Assembly: GCA_965216785.1 (NCBI GenBank)
Contig: OZ244197.1
Coordinates: forward strand, 2,080,001-2,144,000
DNA length: 64,000 bases
DNA from: Thermodesulfobacteriota bacterium
GTDB lineage: Bacteria > Desulfobacterota_D > UBA1144 > Nemesobacterales > UBA2774
Reading direction: 5' to 3'
A program made the translations under genes and the position numbers. This document shows, in pieces, positions 1-8,092 of this stretch. Positions within the stretch are counted from its first letter, which is position 1. Every line of letters starts with the position of its first letter. The notes under the pieces were generated by a model. It saw only the letters and a list, made by a program, of their open reading frames with translations, searched no databases and was not told where the DNA came from.

Positions 1-206
1 AAGACTGCGGATCAAGAGTTGGGGGTACAAATCCGAGCGAGCGAGGATTTGGTCCAATTTGAGAGAAGTATCGGAATTACAAGACTTGGAAATTTGACGG
101 GTATTAAAGAGAGCGAGGACTTGGTCCATGCTCTTAGAATTGAAAAATTTGCAATACTTGGCAAGTGCGGATGGATCGAAGTTTAACACTCCCTCCGGGC
201 GCGCCA
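1..206 (+). other. Putative interrupted or degenerate tRNA-Arg (5' end outside window): anticodon and T-arm 5' half at 1-32, 3' T-stem and acceptor strand with CCA at 191-206
   Basis: GA-CT-GCG-GA-TC loop then GGGGG-TACAAAT at 21-32; CCCTCCGGGCGCGCCA at 191-206 is a typical tRNA-Arg 3' end and CCCTC pairs with GGGGG. Anticodon stem pairs poorly in the visible part. Confidence 0.5.
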
Positions 207-257
207 GGAAATCACATTTTAAACATATCTTGCGACATAAGGGAGTAGTCAAGACCG

Positions 258-890
258 ATGACAGGTAAAGAAAGCTTAGAGCAGAAGCTGGACAAAGAGG
301 TAGAGGATTACTTAGAAGTGGTAGAGGGGACGGAGGAGATCACATCGCTTATGGGGGACGGTATATCCCGTGAGGACTATGTGAGGCTACTTAAGACCTG
401 CTACGTTATTGAGCACGTAAGCCGGAGTGCGGTGCTGCTCGCAAGTGACGTGACCGAGAATACCAACCCTTATCTAAGCAAGAGGTTCAAGTTCTGCGCT
501 AAAGGTGAGGAGGGGCACGCAGAGATGGCTCTTAGGGACTTAAAGGATATGGGCGTAAAGGGAGTTAAGCTTTCGGATTTGCCGCATGTTGAGGACTATG
601 GCTCTATGCTTATGGACACCGCCGAGAATTTCCCCCTCGGGATACTCGGCCATTCCTACCTTTTCGAGAACGCTTCGGGGATTATGTTCCCGAAACACAG
701 CGGCCACGACTATCCATCTGAATTTATCCGGGTCCACGCCAAGGAAGACCCCGGGCACTCGATTGCCATAAAGAGGACCGTGAGGCACCTTGAGAGTGAT
801 CTCTCGGAAGATGATATAGAGAACACCGCCAGGTTCGCGCGCGAGAGCGGGGAGTTTCTTCTGAGGATCTTCCAGGACATTCAGGGCTGA
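258..890 (+). CDS. Heme-oxygenase-like iron-containing redox enzyme (TenA/PqqC/CADD-like fold)
   Basis: Helical protein with EEGHxxxAxxDL and HxxEDxGH metal-ligand motifs; AGGGAG RBS. Confidence 0.65.
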   Translation: MTGKESLEQKLDKEVEDYLEVVEGTEEITSLMGDGISREDYVRLLKTCYVIEHVSRSAVLLASDVTENTNPYLSKRFKFCAKGEEGHAEMALRDLKDMGVKGVKLSDLPHVEDYGSMLMDTAENFPLGILGHSYLFENASGIMFPKHSGHDYPSEFIRVHAKEDPGHSIAIKRTVRHLESDLSEDDIENTARFARESGEFLLRIFQDIQG

Positions 891-928
891 GTACTGAATC
901 CATTATTGTGAAGTATTAAAGAAAGTTC

Positions 929-1092
929 TTCTCTTCTTTTGAATGATCAAAAGAAGCAAAAATCACCGCCTAGACATAAATTACGCTAAAAATTAATTAT
1001 TCCAGCTAAACCTTATAATTCCACCCCATCCCATATAAGGTTTTTAACGCTTCCATAATTCATTTTCTTAACGCTATTTATGTATGTCGGAA
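929..1092. repeat. Dispersed structured repeat family A, copy 1
   Basis: Aligns by eye with 27608-27771, 41189-41372 and 60470-60633; small hairpin followed by a long interrupted hairpin. Confidence 0.9.
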
Positions 1093-1132
1093 TCTTAAAA
1101 ACAATATTGTTGCCTTGTTCTCTGGCTTGGAA

Positions 1133-1226
1133 TGGCGGAGAGGGTGGGATTTGAACCCACGAAAGGGTATAAGCCCTTTACTCGCTTAGCAGGCGAGCGC
1201 CTTCGACCGTACTCGGCCACCTCTCC
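1133..1226 (-). tRNA. tRNA-Ser(GCT)
   Basis: Reverse complement GGAGAGGTGGCCGAG...CTCGC-CT-GCT-AA-GCGAG, long variable arm, GTGGGTTCAAATCCCAC, ends CTCTCCGCCA. Confidence 0.97.
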
Positions 1227-1272
1227 GTGCGTTGGTTTTTATCGTAGGGGTGAGATTATACCAGTATCATGA

Positions 1273-1482
1273 GAAAAAATCTAACTCGCCCAAAGATGCC
1301 GATGATGGGGGTTCCTTAGGAGGGTTAGTACACTTGTGTACTCACTTCCTTCGGGCGAGTTAGATGTATGTTACATAGGGGTCGTAGATAAGCCGATATC
1401 TTTAAATTTAGTAATGAAAAGTCCCGGGCGCGGAGGGTCAGGCCGCGCCCGGATGTAGATGGGGGACAAATAGGAATGCTGT
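1273..1482 (-). ncRNA. Two tandem structured units or terminators downstream of the hicAB fusion (candidate sRNAs)
   Basis: Stem ATCTAACTCGCCC/GGGCGAGTTAGAT followed by a T-run on the minus strand, and stem CCGGGCGCGG/CCGCGCCCGG followed by TTTT; both enclose CCCTCC. Confidence 0.4.
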
Positions 1483-1497
1483 GTTTAGTAGTATTCA

Positions 1498-1920
1498 TCA
1501 TGATGCCTGTCTTATGTCGAAAAATGTCGAAGTACTATCCGGCTCACAATGTATTATGCCGTCCTGTCTGAGTCCTTCTAAGTGAAGGCGCACAGAGCTC
1601 AGCATCAGTTCCTTGGTCTCGTCGAGCGTGTCGCCTACGGCAACGCATCCCGGAAGGTCGGGGCAGTAAGCCGAGTAGCAATTCTGCGATTTTTCTACTG
1701 TAATCTCATAGTGCTCGCGCTCCGTAACGGCTTCTGTATCGAAGCAGTGTTTCAGAGAGTAATAAAGAGCGCCTTCCGGTAGTTCTTTATCCATCATACA
1801 GTTGAGCGTCACTCTTTGCTTTCTGCTCCTTAGTTTGAACTGTCGGTGGCTGCCGCATATCCTGACCAGGTACCACCCGTTATTCTCGACCAAAAACTTG
1901 ATTACCTCTCTAACTTTCAT
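1498..1920 (-). CDS. HicA-HicB fusion protein (HicA-like N-terminus, HicB-like C-terminus)
   Basis: MKVREVIKFL..GWYLVR..GSHRQFK matches HicA; YSAYCPDLPGCVAVGDTLDE..HLEGL matches HicB; single ORF with GGAGAGG RBS. Confidence 0.85.
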   Translation of the reverse strand: MKVREVIKFLVENNGWYLVRICGSHRQFKLRSRKQRVTLNCMMDKELPEGALYYSLKHCFDTEAVTEREHYEITVEKSQNCYSAYCPDLPGCVAVGDTLDETKELMLSSVRLHLEGLRQDGIIHCEPDSTSTFFDIRQAS

Positions 1921-1960
1921 TTACCATCCTCTCCGTATGTGTTTTCGTTGAAAGCCAGCT

Positions 1961-2182
1961 TTAATCGTCTTCTTGTTTGAACATTGCTACATTCTTAAAT
2001 TCCTCACCGGTCATTGCATTATCGAGATACTGTGTAAGAGCCTCCTCTATGATCTTGGATTGGCTAGTTCTCGATACGAAAGAGTACAACCTGAGCCTTT
2101 CGTAAAGCATTGAGGGTATGTAAAGAGACCCTCTGTGCATCTTCTGCGGGTTAGCCCGCTGCTGTATAGTTGCCGCTGTCAC
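1961..2182 (-). CDS. Ribbon-helix-helix (CopG-like) DNA-binding protein
   Basis: SLYIPSMLYERLRLYS..SQSKIIEEALTQYL RHH pattern. Confidence 0.75.
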   Translation of the reverse strand: MTAATIQQRANPQKMHRGSLYIPSMLYERLRLYSFVSRTSQSKIIEEALTQYLDNAMTGEEFKNVAMFKQEDD

Positions 2183-2188
2183 AATCTA

Positions 2189-2217
2189 TTTATAGCATCA
2201 TTACGTAATGATGTCAA
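2189..2217 (-). promoter_or_regulatory. Sigma70 promoter with a perfect 18-bp palindromic operator in the spacer
   Basis: TTGACA-N17-TATAAA on the minus strand; CATCATTACGTAATGATG at 2196-2213. Confidence 0.85.
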
Positions 2218-2394
2218 TAGGGTATTTTATTAAGATCGCAAAATTCACCTGATATAACAGCACTTTCGGCGTTTTGGCCATATTTTAATTAGTTTTTGTG
2301 AATCGCAAGCAGTGTGTTATATGACACAATTTAGGGGAAAAACGGGTTTTTTTGGCAATTTTCTAAAGAGAATGAAAAGGGGTGGATTTCTGCC

Positions 2395-2545
2395 TTCCCG
2401 GCATCGGCTGGAATAGGGACAGAGGCTGGGGGCAGCCACGATCCGGGGGAATAAAGTCAGAAAGTGTGATGCCGGGGTGGGTGATATAAAAAAACAGAGG
2501 CGACCCTTCGACTGCACACTGTGTATGCGCTCAGGGTATGCGGCT
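2395..2545 (-). repeat. Modular C-rich repeat family B, degenerate inverted copy
   Basis: Reverse complement contains CCCCGGCATC, GCTGCCCCCAGCCTCTGTCCC and TCGCCTCTGT modules also seen at 20205-20555. Confidence 0.7.
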
Positions 2546-2583
2546 TTAGTATTGTAGTGGTCATAGCATAGTGATGTCTATCT

Positions 2584-3888
2584 TTATGCTGTGCTTTTTC
2601 TTCTGACCGCGAGCAATCCAGCCATGCCCAGAATTACCGCTGCAGCGAACATACCCCACTGGCTCAGAGTCGGTATCGCGACCGGAAGACACCGGTATAA
2701 ATATACTTGTAGCTCATCGTTAGTAGTGTTCGGAAGTATGTTGCCCGTTGAGCTAAACGTAAGGAGCTCTCCCGTGGCGTCGAGCTTAGGGTTTTGATTA
2801 AAGCCTGTCGTAAGGTTAGTTATCTGCTCGAAAGTGTCATCGGCAATGTTAAAAGTAAATAACTGCTGTATTCCTAAAGGGTTTTGGCCCGTTAAATTGG
2901 CCGGCGATTGAAATACGATAATGTTGCCATTGGCGTTGACAAAGGGGTTTTGATTCTCGAGTCCTGTGAATGTGACCTGAGTAATAACACCTGTATCGTA
3001 AAAGTAAATCTCGCGGGCGTTTCCGGGGTTTCCGCCGTTAATATTTGAGGTGCTCTCAAATGAGATTATCGTGCCGGTTGAGTTAAGTGAAGGGTCGAAG
3101 CTGTTTCCGTTATCCTCCATCGTAATAGGAATGAATGTTGAAGAACCTATGTTGAAAGTATAAATCTCCTGGTTCTTGTTTGGGTTAGTGCCGTTTATGT
3201 CTGCAGAGCTTTCAAAGCCTATTATAGTACCGTTTAAGTTTATGAACGGATCTCTACTATTTTCCAAAGAATCGGTCACTTGTGTGATTATGCCGTTTGC
3301 AGGGGTTACGAAATATATTTCCGAGCTGAGGTCCCCGTTTCCGCCGTTTATGTCGGAGTCAGACTGAAAGGTGATAATGCCTCCGGCTCCGTCTATGGAT
3401 GGACTGAATATGTTCTTGCCGTCGTCTATATTGGTTAACTGCTGGAAGGTGCTCGTATTTACGTCAAAGAGTAAAAGTTGATTCTCGTTATTAGAGTTGC
3501 CGCCTGTAATGTCAGCTGTGGATAAAAACGCGATCTTCGAGCAATCGTTGTTAACATCAGCGGTATCGTTCTGACCGTCGATATTGCCTGGTGTAATTTG
3601 AGTGAGCTTCTTGCTCTCGATATCGTAATGAAATATTTGAAAATTGTTGTTAGGATTCTGACCTGTAAGATTTGAGCTTGATTCAAAAACAACACAGCTG
3701 CCGTCCGGGCTCAGCACGGGGTTTCTGCTAGTTTCTTCAGGATCGTTCGTTAAACGCTCGAAAATACATTTTTCCTGAGCCTCCACACTTGAGACTCCTA
3801 TCAAGACTGATATTACAATAAAGAAAATAGAGATTATGACTAAACTAAATGCTGGTTTTCTATATCTTGAATTATTGGCTCTGTCCAT
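2584..3888 (-). CDS. IPTL-CTERM surface protein with TolB/PD40-like beta-propeller repeats
   Basis: Signal peptide; repeated P.L..DG..I.F.S units; C-terminal IPTLSQWG, TM helix, RRK. Confidence 0.85.
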   Translation of the reverse strand: MDRANNSRYRKPAFSLVIISIFFIVISVLIGVSSVEAQEKCIFERLTNDPEETSRNPVLSPDGSCVVFESSSNLTGQNPNNNFQIFHYDIESKKLTQITPGNIDGQNDTADVNNDCSKIAFLSTADITGGNSNNENQLLLFDVNTSTFQQLTNIDDGKNIFSPSIDGAGGIITFQSDSDINGGNGDLSSEIYFVTPANGIITQVTDSLENSRDPFINLNGTIIGFESSADINGTNPNKNQEIYTFNIGSSTFIPITMEDNGNSFDPSLNSTGTIISFESTSNINGGNPGNAREIYFYDTGVITQVTFTGLENQNPFVNANGNIIVFQSPANLTGQNPLGIQQLFTFNIADDTFEQITNLTTGFNQNPKLDATGELLTFSSTGNILPNTTNDELQVYLYRCLPVAIPTLSQWGMFAAAVILGMAGLLAVRRKSTA

Positions 3889-3999
3889 CCACTTTCTCCC
3901 ATAAGCAATGTTGAATACAATATCGCACAATACTCAAGAATTATCAATACCTATAATTGGTAAGCTTAGTTCGTTAAAACTAGCAAGTCGGTCGCTTTT

Positions 4000-4512
4000 C
4001 TATATCCACCTTCGTGTGCGTTTTTTATAAGTGGTGTAATCAATGCCGAATTTGCCTTCCAGGTAGCGCTCCTCGCGCTCGATTACACCCTTTTGCATGA
4101 CTATTATGAACGGGAGAGTGAGGATTAATATCCATATGTTGCTTACGAGGACGGAAATGGCGATCATAAGGAGCGCCATCGAGAGATACATCGGGTTACG
4201 GGTGAAGCGGTATATGCCCTCGGTAACTACGCTCATGGAGGGTTTACGTACGTCTATGTTAGTGCCGGCTTTTCTCATCTGAAGCACAGCCAGGCTCATT
4301 ATGAGCACGGAATAAACGAGGAAAATCGCGCCCACTATAGTGCGCAGAGGGCCGTGGATAAAATGCATCGGGAAAAGATTGTGGAGAATTACGCCTACGC
4401 CTATAAATGCGATTAAAATTAGCGGAGGAAGGGCGATCACGCCCGGGTAGTCTTTCTGAGCCGGCGCTTTTTCCCCTGCGGGCCCGGTCTTTTTTTCTTG
4501 CTCGGCGCTCAC
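4000..4512 (-). CDS. Isoprenylcysteine carboxyl methyltransferase / PEMT family membrane protein
   Basis: GIYRFTRNPMYL and EERYLEGKFG..Y..Y...RRWI motifs. Confidence 0.9.
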   Translation of the reverse strand: MSAEQEKKTGPAGEKAPAQKDYPGVIALPPLILIAFIGVGVILHNLFPMHFIHGPLRTIVGAIFLVYSVLIMSLAVLQMRKAGTNIDVRKPSMSVVTEGIYRFTRNPMYLSMALLMIAISVLVSNIWILILTLPFIIVMQKGVIEREERYLEGKFGIDYTTYKKRTRRWI

Positions 4513-5034
4513 TTAATATCTCTCTCCCGGAGGGTGGGGCGGTCTCATTCCCTCATGCGGCGCTCCTGGCGGTCCCGGGGGTCCCATCCCAGGAGGGCCG
4601 TGGCGTCGGTGTCTTCGCATTTCTTCAATAAATTCGGAGAGGGCTTCGCGCTCTTCCTGGCTTAAGTTCTGAGCAAGCTCTGACACAGTGGATGCCATAT
4701 CCATTGTGAGTACACCCAGGAGATCGTGGAGCTCACGGGCCTCACCTTCAAACCGCTCGGGATCGAAATTCTCCGCCGTGAGTGTTTCGATAAGCTCTCT
4801 ACGTGTTTTCTCCAGCTCTATTTTAGCGCCTCTGGTCTCGCGTCTCAGCTCTTTCATGGCGCCGAGTATCATCTCCTTCTTTTCTTCTGGGAGGCTGCCT
4901 AGGGTCTCTTCCATATCTGCCCTCATTTTTCCCCAGTGGGCGGCCCGCTTTGAGAAATGGCCGATGGTAAGCCCTATGAACAGGAAATTTAATATAATTG
5001 AGATTATGAATACTGCCTTTAGTCCCTTACTCAT
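4513..5034 (-). CDS. Periplasmic heavy-metal-sensor / Spy-CpxP-like protein
   Basis: N-terminal TM ending SIILNFLFIG, helical body, LSQEER motif, Pro/Gly/His tail. Confidence 0.75.
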   Translation of the reverse strand: MSKGLKAVFIISIILNFLFIGLTIGHFSKRAAHWGKMRADMEETLGSLPEEKKEMILGAMKELRRETRGAKIELEKTRRELIETLTAENFDPERFEGEARELHDLLGVLTMDMASTVSELAQNLSQEEREALSEFIEEMRRHRRHGPPGMGPPGPPGAPHEGMRPPHPPGERY

Positions 5035-5452
5035 AAAGCCCTCCGTCGTTGTAAATGAGCTCGGCAATTTGAACGCCCTCGGGCTCTGAAGCCAGCTCGT
5101 TTGCCGGGTATAGGTATCCGGCTACAATCCCCACTACTAATATAATCGGTAGAGCGATTGCGGGGCTCGGGATCGGGAAGGTCGAAAATAATTCTTTTAA
5201 TGAACCGAATATGGAATTTTGTTTCTCTTGACCTATGGCGCTTGATATAATTCTATCGCTTAGTCCGTGCGAGCTTTCTTCAAACTCTCTTTGCATGAGA
5301 GCGTCCTCAAGCGATTTTTCGGCTTCGAGCAACTCCGCTAGCTCTGTTGAAGCTCTGAGCGCGCGGTTGGCGTCTTGCGCTAAGGCTTGTGGCCAACTGT
5401 CGATATCGGCGCCGTAGACGCTTAGATATTCTAAAAACTTTTCCCTATCGAT
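5027..5452 (-). CDS. Putative membrane anti-sigma factor (probable non-canonical ATC start at 5452)
   Basis: Frame stays open upstream of the called 5332 start and encodes DREKFLEYLSVYGADIDSWP; single TM; directly follows the ECF sigma gene. Confidence 0.7.
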   Translation of the reverse strand: MDREKFLEYLSVYGADIDSWPQALAQDANRALRASTELAELLEAEKSLEDALMQREFEESSHGLSDRIISSAIGQEKQNSIFGSLKELFSTFPIPSPAIALPIILVVGIVAGYLYPANELASEPEGVQIAELIYNDGGLYE

Positions 5453-6023
5453 TGTAAGCCACCTCCGTTTTTGGATTTGTGTTTAATTTTGCTCTTAAGC
5501 TGCCTTTAGCCCTCATAAGTAGTGATTCTAGTGCTTTTACGCTAATGTCCATTACTGACGCTGCCTCTTTTTGGCTCACTCCCTCGTAAAAACATAGCGC
5601 GAGCGCCGTCTGCTGGTTCTCGGGAAGCTCCCGTATTAGCGCTTCCACCTTGTCCTTAGCGCTCTTTAGCTCAGAAGCTTCTTCCTGCGAGCGCGCCTCG
5701 GATGTCAGCTCGTTAATATCGTTTGCTACAGTGTATTTTACTCTTTTTTTTACATCGAGACAGGCGTTTACTACCACCCTGTAGAACCACGTGGTGAACT
5801 TAACGTTCTTTGACGGGTCCCATTTCTCGGGCGAGTTCCACAACATAAGGAAAGAATCCTGCACTACGTCCTCGGCTCCTTCACGCTCTGAGAGCATGCG
5901 GTAAGAAAGAGCGTAGTACCTTTCTGTGTGGCGCCTTACTATTTCTGAGTACGCATCGCCGTTCTTTTCCATCACAAGCTTCATTAGTTCCTCGTCCGTA
6001 AGGTCTTTTGTGTCTTTTGCCAT
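5445..6023 (-). CDS. ECF-family RNA polymerase sigma factor
   Basis: AEDVVQDSFL, FTTWFYRVVVNACLD, region-4 LPENQQTALAL..EG.S..EAA. Confidence 0.95.
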   Translation of the reverse strand: MAKDTKDLTDEELMKLVMEKNGDAYSEIVRRHTERYYALSYRMLSEREGAEDVVQDSFLMLWNSPEKWDPSKNVKFTTWFYRVVVNACLDVKKRVKYTVANDINELTSEARSQEEASELKSAKDKVEALIRELPENQQTALALCFYEGVSQKEAASVMDISVKALESLLMRAKGSLRAKLNTNPKTEVAYNR

Positions 6024-6029
6024 GTTTCC

Positions 6030-6170
6030 ATTTTATCCTGCCCCGGCATCGCACTAAAACGCTCGCCTCCGTCCCCATATTTTATTCTGCCCCGGTATTG
6101 CCCGCTTATTTTTTATGCCTGCTCTCACTTACACACTATGTTCGCTCGCGGCCCCCAGCCTCCGTCCCCA
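6030..6170 (+). repeat. Modular C-rich repeat family B copy
   Basis: TTATCCTGCCCCGGCATCGC..CGCTCGCCTCCGTCCCCATA and CTGCTCTCACTTACACACTATGTTCGCTCGCGGCCCCCAGCCTC. Confidence 0.85.
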
Positions 6171-6254
6171 AAATAATAACATGTTAAGCATAATAAATAC
6201 GGAAGGGAGAGAGTTTAATCCCTCCCTCCCGCGAGAATGGAGGAGTGTAGGACG

Positions 6255-6716
6255 TTATTCGCTATCCGTGTTTCTGTCTTTCCCGAACCTTCCGTGCGGT
6301 CCGCCGGGTCCCTTGGGGCCCATCTGCGCGAGCACTTCCCTTTCTTCCTGTGTCAGCTCGGGCGCGAGCTTAGCCACGGCGTCCGTGAACGTGCTGAAAC
6401 GCTGGGCCATGAGAGTCTCTAGCTTCTCGGCATTGGCATTGAAAGCCTCGGCATCAAAAGTATCTGCCGTGAGGGCCTGCCTCATCGCTTCTCTAGTTTC
6501 CTTAACCTCTTCCCTGAGCCCTTCGTTCTGCTCTCTTACTTCCTTCATGGTCGAGAGTATCAGAGTCTGCGTATCGGGCGAGAGCTCCATAAGCGCTTCC
6601 ATGTTGGCCCTGCCGTGCCTTCCGTGTCCGCCGTGTCCCCAGTCGCCCGCGTAGGCTGCTATGGATGTGGTAAGTCCGATTCCGAGAATCGCCGCTGTCT
6701 TAATGTATTTGTTCAT
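6255..6716 (-). CDS. Periplasmic Spy/CpxP/ZraP-like protein
   Basis: Sec signal, GHGGHGRHG, LTQEER motif; paralog of 4513-5034. Confidence 0.8.
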   Translation of the reverse strand: MNKYIKTAAILGIGLTTSIAAYAGDWGHGGHGRHGRANMEALMELSPDTQTLILSTMKEVREQNEGLREEVKETREAMRQALTADTFDAEAFNANAEKLETLMAQRFSTFTDAVAKLAPELTQEEREVLAQMGPKGPGGPHGRFGKDRNTDSE

Positions 6717-6770
6717 TTCTGACCTCCTGGGTCGTGAATTTTTTTAGCCTTTTCGGCCTCTTTACTAATT

Positions 6771-6798
6771 GATACGAGCCGGCGAGGAAAACCCTTCG
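6771..6798 (-). promoter_or_regulatory. Candidate ECF promoter for the spy-sigma-antisigma operon
   Basis: GAAGGG-N15-CGTATC on the minus strand upstream of 6716; resembles bipartite ECF promoters. Confidence 0.4.
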
Positions 6799-6906
6799 GT
6801 GTTTTTTTTATGTTGTGAAAAAATATTCCGGTATTACGTCCGCATGGCTTGGCTGAGCTGTTTTCATGTTCTGTTTTTTCAGGATGTATGTGTTAATATT
6901 CGATAG

Positions 6907-7404
6907 ATGAGGTTATTACTTTTCACATTTCTGACACTGACAGTATTTATTGCGGCAAATACTCTTTATGCCCAGGAAACCCCGGAGCAGATAAGAGCCC
7001 AGGTGCAAGCGCTAATTGAAGAGACGCGTGAGTCTTCTGACTGGTTGTATATCGGCCAAACGGATCACGGCTATGTTGGCTTTATGGGTAAAGACCGTTT
7101 TCAGGTGAACGGACCCGAAAGGCGGGCGTGGACAAAAGTGTTCGTCCGCGGCGGAGAGACGGTAAAGACGAAAAACGGCAAAGAAAAAACTATGATATAC
7201 AGACTGACGCACAGAGTCTACGACTGCTCTCTCAACAGACTCTCGGACATCAAGTCCGTCGATTATTTCTCTGACGGTACGAACGAGAGTCTTGATTACG
7301 TGAGATTTTATCAGACTTATCCGGAGAAGAGGTGGACGGAGATCGTGCCGGGGAGCATCGGGGACGTGCTGCTTAAATTCGTATGCGAGTACGACCCTAA
7401 ATAA
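6907..7404 (+). CDS. Secreted protein, surface-adhesin-E-like
   Basis: Signal peptide; W.YIG, AWTKV, YDC, W..IVPGSIGD.L.KFVC pattern. Confidence 0.55.
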   Translation: MRLLLFTFLTLTVFIAANTLYAQETPEQIRAQVQALIEETRESSDWLYIGQTDHGYVGFMGKDRFQVNGPERRAWTKVFVRGGETVKTKNGKEKTMIYRLTHRVYDCSLNRLSDIKSVDYFSDGTNESLDYVRFYQTYPEKRWTEIVPGSIGDVLLKFVCEYDPK

Positions 7405-7450
7405 GCTTTCCCGGTCTGGAAATTCAAATCTTTTATATAGGAGCGCAACC

Positions 7451-8053
7451 ATGGCGGAGAGGAATATCAGCATTGTAGCTATAAAGGGGAGTGTGAGGCC
7501 CAATAACTACACGGAGATGGCGCTCGCGCTCGTGCTGGACGAATTTAAAAACCACAGCGGGGTAAATGTCCATCTTTTCGACCCGGCGGTGATGCACCTT
7601 TATCCCCCCGGACTTGGGGGCGACAACCCCGACCCAGGGAGGATGAGGGAGGCCGTTATAGAGTCAACGGGGATGGTGCTCGCTACACCGGAGTACCACG
7701 GCTCTTTCTCTAGCATCATGAAGCTCGCGATAGAAAACCTGGGGTTTCCCTCCGTAATGTCGGGTAAGCCGGTCGCGCTGCTGGGCGTAGCGGCGGGAGC
7801 CATAGGCGCTATCAAATCTCTTGAATCGCTAAGGGGCGTGTGCTCGCACGTAGGCGCTATAGTGCTGCCGGGACCTGTTTCCGTGGCCAACTGCACAGAG
7901 GTATTTAACGAGGACGGCACCTGTAACGACGAGAGGACGGAGAAGCGGATCCGGGGTGTTGCTACAAACATGATGCACTATATTGAAGACAACATCTGCC
8001 CTCGCGTATCGCTCGAAGCTATGGTTAGGGGAGAGGATCTGCCCGAGCGCTAA
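7451..8053 (+). CDS. NADPH-dependent FMN reductase
   Basis: GSVR, ATPEYHGSFSSIMKLAIE, GKPVALL. Confidence 0.92.
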   Translation: MAERNISIVAIKGSVRPNNYTEMALALVLDEFKNHSGVNVHLFDPAVMHLYPPGLGGDNPDPGRMREAVIESTGMVLATPEYHGSFSSIMKLAIENLGFPSVMSGKPVALLGVAAGAIGAIKSLESLRGVCSHVGAIVLPGPVSVANCTEVFNEDGTCNDERTEKRIRGVATNMMHYIEDNICPRVSLEAMVRGEDLPER

Positions 8054-8092
8054 CTTCTTCGTAATCTGATTTTTAATCTGATTGAACAGGGG

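Noticed and set aside
929-1092. 6S RNA or riboswitch identity for family A
   Set aside because: Four dispersed copies with no consistent position relative to gene starts, and no recognisable 6S or aptamer motifs by eye
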